DNA from: Eubacteriaceae bacterium
Lineage (GTDB): Bacteria; Bacillota; Clostridia; Oscillospirales; Acutalibacteraceae
Reading direction: 5' to 3'
Assembly: GCA_021770095.1 (NCBI GenBank)
Contig: JAETRQ010000004.1
Coordinates: 30,998-94,997, forward strand
DNA: 64,000 bases
Made by a program: the position numbers and the translations under genes. The notes under the pieces are model-generated. The model was not told the origin of the DNA. It saw nothing but the letters and a program-made list of their open reading frames with translations, and did not search any database. Shown here one piece after another: positions 10,617-20,274 of this stretch. Within the stretch, counting starts at the first letter, position 1. Every line of letters begins with the position of its first letter.

Positions 10617-12968
10617 TTACTTTATAAAATCAGGTATGCTTTGGCTTGAGAGGAGCATTGGCTGTTTTGTACCGTTTTCATAGTTGACACAAATCAGGTA
10701 GGCATCATCATCTGCAAAGCCGAAATAATTTGAATGATTAATCAATTCAGCAATCTGTTTTTGGTCCGTAATTTTTTCTGCATCATTAAAATATTCAATT
10801 TCCGGAAGGATATACTCATCGGCATACTCTTCACTTGCATCATAAAGATAAGTTGAATAAAAGATACGCGTCATATTGGTATAATAAAAATCCGTATCCA
10901 TTTTATCAACAATATTGCTTACCTTTTCAACGCTTACGGATTGAATTTCACCGTTATCGGTATGGTCAAAATACTTATACTCCCCTGTACTTTTCAGGTA
11001 GTTAATCGTATTTTCCATATATTCATAAATATAATAACACGGGTCATAACTGATATAGGATACAACATCACCGAGATAATCATCTGAATCTTCATCATAA
11101 TCATAATAAAAATTCACAGCACCGACTGCTTTTTCCTTAGACATAAAACGCTGTTCATAATTACTGTCCAGCAAATCTTTAAGAAGTGCCTGTCTGAATT
11201 CGGGTGTATTTTTTATATTATATTCTGTATAATCATTATTTGCATTTATAACACCAACCCTGCTTTTTTCAAACAGTTTCTTGAGTTGAACCTCATCACT
11301 GTCGCCAAAGAACATAGACGCATCCCAATAATCGTCATTGAATGAATTTGTCACCGGTGCATCATCCGAATCTGACAGGAAGTATACCAGTTCATCTTTA
11401 AACGCATTGCTGTCAGTGAGTGATAGGAGCATTTTCTGCGTTTCAACATCAATTGACGAATAATATCTTTTCACTGATTTTCCGTTTTTCAATTTGTAAT
11501 AAACACCAATCCCCACATCAGATTCAGTGTCAGTCTGAACAATCTTTTCGTTAATTTTTATAACATTCTGAACATCCTGTTCATCACTGAAATAACCAAA
11601 CGGCGGTTCATTATAATTTTCAACAAAGAGTCCGTTTACTCCTATAATACTGCTGGTTTCAGCACATGACATATTAATATTGGCATATGTGAGTGTTGCC
11701 CAATCAACATCATCGGAGTCCGGAACATAAGAAGAATACCCAAGTCCGCCTGTTGTAAGAATAACAAACAGAACAATGGTAGCAACAGAGGTTGCACCCG
11801 CACAAATATAACTTGCTGGCTTGAGTTTGATTGTCCTTTTACTTATCAATATGATTATAAAATAAGAAACAACCAGAAGCACAAGACCTATAATATACAT
11901 TAAAGTATTGCTCAATGACGGAATATATGCATAATACATCCATACATTAAAAACAATAAGGCCCACCTGTATCGCAAAGAATTCACCAATCAGCGGTGTT
12001 GATGCATGAATTCCCGCATTCTCTGCCTTGGATTTGACAAACAAACGCTTTGCAGCAAATAACAAACAGACAGAAACAGCAAACCAAATCATTACAGGAG
12101 CAATAAATTCAATACCGATTTTTTCATAAGAATCCTGAGAAACAGTACCTGCAATTTCCACAAATTCATTATCGTCAGCGTATTTTTGTAAGAAAGAAAA
12201 GAAATTATCATATAACGTACTGTCAGCAATCATCCTTTTACTGAAGTAAACAGGATTGAGGAATGCAAAACGAGCAACCAAATTGTTATCGGCAAAAATG
12301 GAACTATCATCGCCAATCAAAAACGAACTGCCGTTGTATCCCTTCAAAAAACTGACTAAAAAAACATTAATTGTGCTGAAAATGACTGTTGGAAATGAAG
12401 CCAAACTGATACCGAAAAGAAGAGATTCAACAAAAGTATGGCAAAGCGCCATGGCAACCGTCATCAGAACAAATCCAACAAGTTCAAAAGTAAAGCACTC
12501 GGCAAATAAGGTTGCTGAACAGCCGATAATATATCCTGTATGGCCGAAACAAAAAATATTAATAACTGCATCTGTTATAATCGGTAAAATAAGAGATACT
12601 GCCATACCGATTACACTGGCAATTACACGGTTTGAAAACATAGTTTTCCTGCTGACTGCAAGGGAATAGTACACATTCACGGTTTTCCTTTTCATCTTAA
12701 ACGCAAATGAAAAGAATGCAAACAGCATGCCCATTGCCACAAATAATATGCCGAGATTCACACCATTATCCGAAATCATCAGCAATGTATAATTCTTTCT
12801 GACCTGTGCAATATCACCCTCATAAGTTATTGTTCCCAACGGAATAAATACACACACAATTAATGCTGCAATGAAACTGATAATCGCCGGAACAACAGCA
12901 GACAGCAAAGAAATTTTAAAGTCTTTTTTTGACGGCAGTTTACTGTGCAAAGATTGATTTGATGTCAT
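10617..12968 (-). CDS. ABC transporter permease-like protein with a large C-terminal extracytoplasmic domain
   Basis: I chose the start at ATG 12968 (RBS GGAGGA 8 nt upstream); the ORF track extends to 13007. The N-terminal ~400 aa are multi-TM and the C-terminal ~380 aa are acidic and Tyr/Asp-rich. It lies downstream of an ABC ATPase in the same operon. Confidence 0.7.
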   Translation of the reverse strand: MTSNQSLHSKLPSKKDFKISLLSAVVPAIISFIAALIVCVFIPLGTITYEGDIAQVRKNYTLLMISDNGVNLGILFVAMGMLFAFFSFAFKMKRKTVNVYYSLAVSRKTMFSNRVIASVIGMAVSLILPIITDAVINIFCFGHTGYIIGCSATLFAECFTFELVGFVLMTVAMALCHTFVESLLFGISLASFPTVIFSTINVFLVSFLKGYNGSSFLIGDDSSIFADNNLVARFAFLNPVYFSKRMIADSTLYDNFFSFLQKYADDNEFVEIAGTVSQDSYEKIGIEFIAPVMIWFAVSVCLLFAAKRLFVKSKAENAGIHASTPLIGEFFAIQVGLIVFNVWMYYAYIPSLSNTLMYIIGLVLLVVSYFIIILISKRTIKLKPASYICAGATSVATIVLFVILTTGGLGYSSYVPDSDDVDWATLTYANINMSCAETSSIIGVNGLFVENYNEPPFGYFSDEQDVQNVIKINEKIVQTDTESDVGIGVYYKLKNGKSVKRYYSSIDVETQKMLLSLTDSNAFKDELVYFLSDSDDAPVTNSFNDDYWDASMFFGDSDEVQLKKLFEKSRVGVINANNDYTEYNIKNTPEFRQALLKDLLDSNYEQRFMSKEKAVGAVNFYYDYDEDSDDYLGDVVSYISYDPCYYIYEYMENTINYLKSTGEYKYFDHTDNGEIQSVSVEKVSNIVDKMDTDFYYTNMTRIFYSTYLYDASEEYADEYILPEIEYFNDAEKITDQKQIAELINHSNYFGFADDDAYLICVNYENGTKQPMLLSSQSIPDFIK

Positions 12969-13836
12969 ACTTTTTATCCTCCATTTCATTGAGAAGTACT
13001 TCTTCAAGTGACAACATCACGCTGTCTGTATGTATAGGATTAAGATATTCTAAACTGCTGATATCAAAATCACTGCTTACAATAAGAGTTACCAGATTGC
13101 CCTCTATTTCAAGCTTTTTATAATTAATACTGTCAAAATCACTTTCGCTGACAGTTTCTTTAAAAATCATTCTGTATTTTTCAAAAGCACTGCTTATATC
13201 ATCAACAGAAACATTAAGTGCAAGCCTGCTTCCGTTAATCATGGCTACATGGTCACAAATGCCGGCAACATCCTGCAGATTGTGGCTGCTCATAATAATT
13301 GAACAGCCTGTTTCCGCCATATATTCAACAAACAGTTTTTTGCATATATCTTTTTTCTGCGGGTCAATACCATCAAACACTTCATCAAGAATAAGGTATT
13401 TCGGCATTGTTGACATCGCTATAATAATCTGCGCCTGTTTTTGCATTCCTTTTGAAAAGGATGACAGGTTCTTTCTTGTATCAAGCCCCATAATGCCTGT
13501 CAGTTTATAAAATACTTTTTCTGAAAAATCGGGATAATAACCTTTATAAAAATTCTTAAGCCTTTCAAGATTATTATTAATGCCAAAAGACATTTCATCA
13601 GGCAAAAAGAATACTTTTGCTCTTGCTATCGGGTTATCAAAAACATTTTCCCCGTCAATCTCAACAAGTCCCTCGTCAGCCTGATATATCCCTGCACAAA
13701 TTTTTAAGAGCGTTGTTTTGCCTGCACCGTTATAACCGACCAGTCCGTAAATAGATGAGTCATCAATTTGGAAATTGATATTATTCAGTACTGTAAAGTC
13801 TGCAAATTTTTTAGTAACATTTTTAACATTTATCAT
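12940..13836 (-). CDS. ABC transporter ATP-binding protein
   Basis: Start at ATG 13836 (MINVKNVTKKF). Walker A GYNGAGKTT, signature FSKGMQ, Walker B ILDEVFDGID. Confidence 0.9.
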   Translation of the reverse strand: MINVKNVTKKFADFTVLNNINFQIDDSSIYGLVGYNGAGKTTLLKICAGIYQADEGLVEIDGENVFDNPIARAKVFFLPDEMSFGINNNLERLKNFYKGYYPDFSEKVFYKLTGIMGLDTRKNLSSFSKGMQKQAQIIIAMSTMPKYLILDEVFDGIDPQKKDICKKLFVEYMAETGCSIIMSSHNLQDVAGICDHVAMINGSRLALNVSVDDISSAFEKYRMIFKETVSESDFDSINYKKLEIEGNLVTLIVSSDFDISSLEYLNPIHTDSVMLSLEEVLLNEMEDKKYDIKSIFAQ

Positions 13837-14206
13837 AATTCTCACCTGTTTCATAAATTCTGTCAATCAAATCTTTTATCTGTTCTTTTGACACACCTCT
13901 TGCCATGGCGGAGCGAACCATCCGATCCAAATCATCCAGAACCCCTTTAACAATCCGTTCATTTTCCAGCGGATTTTCAGCAATAAATACACCCTTTCCC
14001 TGAACAGAATTTATAACACCTTCGGTTTCTAACTGTGCATAAGAATGTTTAATTGTATTTACATTTATATTGAGTTGGTTAGACAGATTTCTTATTGACG
14101 GCAGACGGTCGCCGGGTTTGTAAATTCCTGTATTTACAAGCATAACAATCTGTTCTTTTATCTGCTCATAAATCGGAACACGGCTTTTATTATCAACAAA
14201 AATCAT
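13823..14206 (-). CDS. GntR-family transcriptional regulator, YtrA subfamily
   Basis: 127 aa. PIYEQIKEQI...GDRLPSIRNLSNQLNINVNTIKHSYAQLETEGVI is a GntR winged-HTH, and the short C-terminus is typical of YtrA. It heads the ABC operon. Confidence 0.88.
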   Translation of the reverse strand: MIFVDNKSRVPIYEQIKEQIVMLVNTGIYKPGDRLPSIRNLSNQLNINVNTIKHSYAQLETEGVINSVQGKGVFIAENPLENERIVKGVLDDLDRMVRSAMARGVSKEQIKDLIDRIYETGENYDKC

Positions 14207-14347
14207 TTTATCATCCCCCCAACAGATTATTACTGTGATACATCATATATTACAGTTGAAATATAACATATATATCCTTTGATTGTCAACAAAACAAAAA
14301 TCCTGTTAAGAATAAATTCATAATCTTAACAGGATAAATTATTATAC

Positions 14348-15163
14348 TTAATTTGCCTTTTTAGTTGTGGTGGTAGTAACCTTTGCCTTATTGTATTTAC
14401 TATTCGTGGTATAGTTTACAGCACCGTTGACTGACCTTGTCAAGACATAGGAATCACCGTCTTTTTTGACATCAATCTTAAGATTAGCGGGCTTTATATC
14501 ACTTGCGGCATATACAGTACAGGTCAATGTTCCGTTCGATGCAGTTACCTTTAACTTAATATCACTTGCCGAATGGTTTTCAAACTGAAAATCCTGTGTA
14601 TTCCACTGAACCGTTGCATCGGCTCCGAGGGGAACATAACTGATTTCAAGCGAATGACATGCACGCACTGTAATATCCATATTGGCACGAAGTACTGCCT
14701 GAAATATCGTGGAACTTACCTGACAGATGCCGCCGCCTAAACCATCAACAAATTCATCACCCTTAACTACCTTTGCCTCCTCATATCCCGCCAGCACAGT
14801 ACGCTTGCCGACTGTCTGGTTAAAAGAAAAAGCAGAACCAACCGGGATTACGAGGTTGTCCAATTTCTGAACAGCATTGTCTATATTGACGGTTCGTGTT
14901 TTATTCTTTGTATCGTAATAAGTTTTGTATGTAGAAATCTCATACGGATAACTGCCGCCGTTATCCTTAGCAAGGGCGGCAAAAACTTTATTCGTATAAT
15001 TTTCCTTGAAAGTTGTGCTTAAATCTTCAGTTGTCCGTGTTGTAGTTGTTGTGGTAGTCGTCTGCGTTTCTGTAGTTGCATTAACATTTGCAGTCTTTTT
15101 GCAACCGGCAAATGTACACAATACTATTGCCGCAACCAAAAAAAGTGCCAAAAGTTTTTTCAA
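14348..15163 (-). CDS. VanW-domain lipoprotein
   Basis: Lipobox LCTFAGC, a Thr-rich linker, and the VanW core GGGICQVSSTIFQAVL. TTG start with RBS GGAGA. Confidence 0.8.
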   Translation of the reverse strand: MKKLLALFLVAAIVLCTFAGCKKTANVNATTETQTTTTTTTTRTTEDLSTTFKENYTNKVFAALAKDNGGSYPYEISTYKTYYDTKNKTRTVNIDNAVQKLDNLVIPVGSAFSFNQTVGKRTVLAGYEEAKVVKGDEFVDGLGGGICQVSSTIFQAVLRANMDITVRACHSLEISYVPLGADATVQWNTQDFQFENHSASDIKLKVTASNGTLTCTVYAASDIKPANLKIDVKKDGDSYVLTRSVNGAVNYTTNSKYNKAKVTTTTTKKAN

Positions 15164-15166
15164 TTA

Positions 15167-16543
15167 TTATTTCTCCTTATAAGGCTTCTTAATATCAACC
15201 CAGCCTTCTTTTATCACTTGTCTTGCACGGGCAATTGAAAGTGCTTTTTCAGGAATACTGTCAGTAATTGTCGAACCTGCTGCTATATAGGCTTTCTCTC
15301 CGACCTCAACAGGAGCAATTAAATTTGTATTGCAGCCGATAAATGCACCATTTCCGATTTTACAGCGTGACTTATTCTTACCGTCATAATTACAGGTAAC
15401 TGTACCGCATCCGAAATTAACATCACTGCCGACATCACTGTCGCCGATATATGTCAGATGAGCACTCTTGGAACCTTCGCCGACGGTTGAATTCTTAACT
15501 TCCACAAAATTGCCGATATGCACGCCTTTTTTGAGTGTTGAATTCGCTCTTACTTTAACAAACGGACCTGCATCGACATCACTTTCAACCGTACTGTCAA
15601 GAATTTTACAGTTATCAAGAATAACATGATTGCCTATAACGGAATTATCAATATATGTGTTCGGACCGATTGTACAATTATCGCCGATTACAGACTCACC
15701 GATGATGATTGTGTTCGGCAAAATCACGGTTGAATTGCCGATTTTGGCATCTTTGCCGATGATAACACCATCTGTGCACGGAATATCAACACCGTTGAGC
15801 ATATGCTTTGTATTAATATTTCTTCTCATAATTGTGTTCAGGTCATTGAGCTGCTTTCTGTCATTTGCACCGAGTACAACCTCACTGTTTTCAACAACAT
15901 ATGCGCCTGCATTTTTACCTGCTGCAATGAGAATTTCAAGACTGTCGGTAAGATAATATTCATGCTGAACATTGTTATTTGTGATATTGCCGAGAGCATA
16001 GAGCAAATCACCGCCGTTGAACCAATAGCATCCTGCATTTGATTCATTGATTTTCTTTTCTTCAGGTGTGGCATCTTTATGCTCAACAATTCTTAAAAGT
16101 GTTCCGTTTTCATCACGCTTGATATGACCGATACCCTCAGTATCCTCAACAATAGCACTGATAAGTGTGATAGAATTCTGATTTTCTTTGTGATAATCGT
16201 ATGCTTTGTTAATTGTTTCTGCATCCATCATCGGACCGTCACCGTTAAGGATAAGGATTTCATCCTCAGTATGAGATTTGATAAAATCCATTGCCTGCAT
16301 AACTGCATGGCCTGTACCCAACTGCGGCTCCTGAAGAGCAGTCTTAATATCTGCTGACAAATATGCCTCAACTTCATCATGTTTGTAACCTGTAATAACA
16401 CAGATGTCCCTGGCACCTGCTTCCTTAACTGCATCAATTACATAACTGAGCATTGGTTTGAATATAACATTGCACATTACCTTTGGGCAATCCGCTTTCA
16501 TTCTTGTACCTTTTCCACCTGCAAGGATAATCGCACACTTCAT
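15167..16543 (-). CDS. glmU: bifunctional UDP-N-acetylglucosamine diphosphorylase / glucosamine-1-phosphate N-acetyltransferase
   Basis: Start at ATG 16543 (MKCAIILAGGKGTRM, RBS AGGAGA); the ORF track extends further 5'. The C-terminal half is a left-handed beta-helix of hexapeptide repeats. Confidence 0.93.
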   Translation of the reverse strand: MKCAIILAGGKGTRMKADCPKVMCNVIFKPMLSYVIDAVKEAGARDICVITGYKHDEVEAYLSADIKTALQEPQLGTGHAVMQAMDFIKSHTEDEILILNGDGPMMDAETINKAYDYHKENQNSITLISAIVEDTEGIGHIKRDENGTLLRIVEHKDATPEEKKINESNAGCYWFNGGDLLYALGNITNNNVQHEYYLTDSLEILIAAGKNAGAYVVENSEVVLGANDRKQLNDLNTIMRRNINTKHMLNGVDIPCTDGVIIGKDAKIGNSTVILPNTIIIGESVIGDNCTIGPNTYIDNSVIGNHVILDNCKILDSTVESDVDAGPFVKVRANSTLKKGVHIGNFVEVKNSTVGEGSKSAHLTYIGDSDVGSDVNFGCGTVTCNYDGKNKSRCKIGNGAFIGCNTNLIAPVEVGEKAYIAAGSTITDSIPEKALSIARARQVIKEGWVDIKKPYKEK

Positions 16544-16678
16544 ATTTTTTTCTCCTGTTTTCTGTCGAATTTTCTGATAAAATTGAACGAGCCAATCTTT
16601 CCCTAATATCATTATGCACCAAAAAAAATAAATTTTCAACCCAAATAGTAAGAAAGGTGAAAAATTAGCAAAAAATGT

Positions 16679-16707
16679 TTGTAATTTGATAAGTATTATG
16701 TTATAAT
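16679..16707 (+). promoter_or_regulatory. candidate promoter for ppdK
   Basis: TTGTAA (16679-16684), 17-nt spacer ending in TGt, then TATAAT (16702-16707). Confidence 0.4.
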
Positions 16708-16781
16708 TCTATCGCATTATACTATCATTAGTATAAATTTCCCAATTTTAAAAGGATATTATTTTTAGGAGGTAATTCCAC

Positions 16782-19412
16782 ATGGCAAAAAAATATTGCT
16801 ATCTTTTCTCAGAAGGCAATGCCAGCATGAGAGAACTTCTCGGTGGTAAAGGTGCAAACCTTGCTGAGATGACAAACATTGGTCTTCCTGTACCTCAGGG
16901 TTTCACAATCTCTACTGAAGCTTGTACTCAGTATTATGAAGACGGACGTGAAATCAATGACGGTATCATGGCTGAAATCAATGAGTACATTGTAAAAATG
17001 GAAGAAATCACCGGCAAAAAGTTCGGCGATAAAGAAAATCCGCTCCTCGTTTCTGTACGTTCAGGTGCAAGAGCATCAATGCCGGGTATGATGGATACTA
17101 TTCTTAACCTTGGTTTAAATGAAGATGTTGTTAACGCAATTGCTGAAAAATCAGGCAATCCAAGATGGGCTTGGGACTGTTACAGAAGATTCATTCAGAT
17201 GTATTCTGATGTAGTTATGGAAGTCGGCAAAAAGTACTTTGAAGAACTCATCGATAAGATGAAGGAAGCAAAGGGTGTTACTCAGGACGTTGATCTTGAT
17301 GCTGATGACCTCAAAGAACTCGCTTCACAGTTCAAGGCTGAATATAAAGAAAAAATCGGCGAAGACTTCCCGACTGATCCTAAAGAGCAGTTGATGGGTG
17401 CTGTTAAAGCCGTTTTCAGATCATGGGACAACCCAAGAGCAAATGTATACCGTCGTGACAACGATATTCCTTATTCATGGGGTACTGCTGTTAACGTACA
17501 GTCAATGGCATTTGGTAACATGGGTGACGACTGCGGTACAGGTGTTGCTTTCACACGTGACCCTGCAACAGGTAAAAAAGGTTTGTTCGGTGAATTCTTA
17601 ACCAACGCACAGGGTGAAGACGTTGTTGCCGGTGTTCGTACACCAATGCACATTTCAGAAATGGAACAGAAATTCCCTGAGGCATTTGCTGAATTCACAA
17701 AAGTTTGTGAAACTCTTGAAAACCACTACAGAGATATGCAGGATATGGAATTTACTGTTGAACACGGTAAACTCTTTATGCTTCAAACTCGTAACGGTAA
17801 GAGAACTGCACAGGCTGCTCTTCAGATTGCATGTGACCTTGTTGATGAAGGTATGAGAACTGAAGAAGAAGCAGTTGAAATGATTGACCCAAGAAACCTT
17901 GACACACTCCTTCATCCTCAGTTTGACGCTGCTGCTCTTAAAGCTGCAACTCCTGCAGGCAAAGGTCTTGGTGCTTCTCCTGGTGCTGCTTGCGGTAAAG
18001 TTGTATTCACTGCTGACGATGCAGTTGAATGGAACGCTAAGGGCGAAAAAGTTGTTCTTGTTCGTCTTGAAACTTCACCTGAAGACATCACCGGTATGAA
18101 AGCTTCTCAGGGTATCCTCACAGTTCGCGGCGGTATGACATCTCACGCTGCTGTTGTTGCTCGTGGTATGGGTACATGCTGTGTATCAGGCTGCGGCGAC
18201 ATCAATATGGATGAAGAAAACAAGAAGTTCACACTTGCCGGTAAAGAATACCACGAAGGTGACTATATCTCAATCGACGGTTCAACAGGTAATATCTATG
18301 ACGGTATTATCCCAACAGTTGACGCTTCAATCTCAGGCACATTCGGAAGAATTATGGGCTGGGCTGATAAATACAGAACTCTTAAAGTTCGTACAAATGC
18401 AGATACTCCTGCTGATGCTAAGAAAGCACGTGAATTAGGTGCTGAAGGTATCGGTCTCTGCCGTACAGAGCATATGTTCTTTGAAGAAGACAGAATTGCT
18501 GCTTTCCGTGAAATGATTTGTTCAGACACAGTTGAAGAAAGAGAAGCAGCTCTTGAAAAGATTTTACCTTATCAGCAGAGCGACTTTGAGGCTCTTTATG
18601 AAGCACTTGAAGGCTGCCCTGTTACAATCCGTTTCTTAGACCCACCTCTTCACGAGTTTGTTCCTACTGAAGAAGAAGATATTAAGAAACTCGCTGATGC
18701 ACAGGGTAAATCAGTTGAAACAATCAAGGCTATCATTTCTTCACTCCACGAATTCAACCCAATGATGGGTCACCGTGGACTCCGTCTTGCAGTTACCTAT
18801 CCGGAAATTGCTAAGATGCAGACAAAGGCTGTTATCCGTGCTGCTATCAATGTTGCTAAGAAGACAGGTACAGCAGTTAAGCCTGAAATCATGATTCCGC
18901 TTGCTTGTGATACTAAAGAACTCAAGTATGTTAAAGATATGGTTGTTGCAACTGCAGATGCAGAAATCGCTGCTGCAGGTGTTGAAATGGAATACGAAGT
19001 TGGTACTATGATTGAAATTCCTCGTGCTGCTCTTACAGCAGGCGACATTGCTAAAGAGGCTGAGTTCTTCTGCTTCGGTACTAACGACCTTACTCAGATG
19101 ACTTACGGCTTCAGCCGTGATGATGCCGGTAAGTTCCTTGATGCTTACTATGATGCAAAGATTTTTGAAAACGATCCATTTGCAAAACTTGACACAACAG
19201 GTGTTGGTATGCTTATGGAAATGGCAGTTAAGAACGGTAAGGCTGCTCGTCCTGAACTTCACTGCGGTATCTGCGGTGAACATGGCGGTGACCCAAGTTC
19301 AGTTGAATTCTGCCACAACATTGGTCTTGATTATGTATCATGCTCACCATTCAGAGTTCCTATTGCTCGTCTTGCTGCTGCACAGGCTGCTATTAAATCC
19401 AGGGAGGACTAA
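16782..19412 (+). CDS. ppdK: pyruvate, phosphate dikinase
   Basis: 876 aa. GGKGANLAEM, the phosphohistidine region GGMTSHAAVVARGMG and the C-terminal PEP-utilising motif FFCFGTNDLTQ. Confidence 0.96.
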   Translation: MAKKYCYLFSEGNASMRELLGGKGANLAEMTNIGLPVPQGFTISTEACTQYYEDGREINDGIMAEINEYIVKMEEITGKKFGDKENPLLVSVRSGARASMPGMMDTILNLGLNEDVVNAIAEKSGNPRWAWDCYRRFIQMYSDVVMEVGKKYFEELIDKMKEAKGVTQDVDLDADDLKELASQFKAEYKEKIGEDFPTDPKEQLMGAVKAVFRSWDNPRANVYRRDNDIPYSWGTAVNVQSMAFGNMGDDCGTGVAFTRDPATGKKGLFGEFLTNAQGEDVVAGVRTPMHISEMEQKFPEAFAEFTKVCETLENHYRDMQDMEFTVEHGKLFMLQTRNGKRTAQAALQIACDLVDEGMRTEEEAVEMIDPRNLDTLLHPQFDAAALKAATPAGKGLGASPGAACGKVVFTADDAVEWNAKGEKVVLVRLETSPEDITGMKASQGILTVRGGMTSHAAVVARGMGTCCVSGCGDINMDEENKKFTLAGKEYHEGDYISIDGSTGNIYDGIIPTVDASISGTFGRIMGWADKYRTLKVRTNADTPADAKKARELGAEGIGLCRTEHMFFEEDRIAAFREMICSDTVEEREAALEKILPYQQSDFEALYEALEGCPVTIRFLDPPLHEFVPTEEEDIKKLADAQGKSVETIKAIISSLHEFNPMMGHRGLRLAVTYPEIAKMQTKAVIRAAINVAKKTGTAVKPEIMIPLACDTKELKYVKDMVVATADAEIAAAGVEMEYEVGTMIEIPRAALTAGDIAKEAEFFCFGTNDLTQMTYGFSRDDAGKFLDAYYDAKIFENDPFAKLDTTGVGMLMEMAVKNGKAARPELHCGICGEHGGDPSSVEFCHNIGLDYVSCSPFRVPIARLAAAQAAIKSRED

Positions 19413-19534
19413 GTTGTACTTCAGTTTCAAGATTTCTTTTGCATCTGCAAAAGAATTTAGGATTATGTCAGGTCAATATGTTCGTCCTTCCCAGTGGAGC
19501 GATTTGAATATAGAAGTGATTATATGAATAAAAA

Positions 19535-19575
19535 CGGAATAGGTATACATTTTTATGTATGCCTATTTCGTTATA
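19535..19575 (+). terminator. hairpin terminator downstream of ppdK
   Basis: 16-bp stem CGGAATAGGTATACAT/ATGTATGCCTATTTCG (two G-U pairs) with loop TTTT. The T-tract after it is weak. Confidence 0.55.
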
Positions 19576-19762
19576 TCTTGAAATTGCTAACAAAAAAGCA
19601 CTGTTTACATAATATGACAATGTATGAAGTTAATGTTTTTGACTAATACTCATATTATTAATGTATTATTAATAGAAATAAAACAGTGCAAAGTGTTTAG
19701 TATTTGAGTACACTGAATGAGGTCTTAAAACACTTTGTGTTACCGTAATTCGTGGAGGATTT

Positions 19763-20272
19763 ATGACATTTTCAGAAAGAGTATGCATAGAAGATCTTGC
19801 TAGTGATGCAAGAAAAGCAGTTGAGAAAGAAGGTATTATATCTTCGGAACAATTAGATTTATCAATAGATAAGCTAAAAGAAATAGTCAAATTTTTCAAT
19901 GGTTCTCTATTAGAGGATAATAGTCAAGATTCAACTTATATCATAAGAAATAGAAATTCATTTACAATTTATTATTCCCAACAATCAACTTATTTAGATA
20001 TTTTACATGAGTTGGGTCACGCCTTTTTTGATATTCAGGAAAAAGCTGTTGGAGAAAAATTAGAATGTGATGGTATTGGAGAAATTCATGAACGTGCTTC
20101 ATTATTTGCAAGAGGCTTTTCTATGCCTAGAGATATATTTGAAACTGTAGTTATAAGACATTCAAGAAAAGGAAAGTTTAATGTTCTTGATATAGCAAAA
20201 GACTATAATACAAATTATTTTACTATAATGACTCGTGGCAAAGAGTTAAAAATTTTTGGAGATAAAAACTAA
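19763..20272 (+). CDS. ImmA/IrrE-family zinc metallopeptidase-like protein
   Basis: 169 aa. HELGH (HExxH) followed by EIHERASLFARGFSMPRDIF, which matches the E..A..FA..LLMP motif of the family. RBS GGAGGA. Confidence 0.8.
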   Translation: MTFSERVCIEDLASDARKAVEKEGIISSEQLDLSIDKLKEIVKFFNGSLLEDNSQDSTYIIRNRNSFTIYYSQQSTYLDILHELGHAFFDIQEKAVGEKLECDGIGEIHERASLFARGFSMPRDIFETVVIRHSRKGKFNVLDIAKDYNTNYFTIMTRGKELKIFGDKN

Positions 20273-20274
20273 AA

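Noticed and set aside
18741-19527. 180-aa antisense ORF and 136-aa alternate-frame ORF at the 3' end of ppdK
   Set aside because: These are shadow ORFs of a highly expressed, codon-biased gene. They have no motifs.
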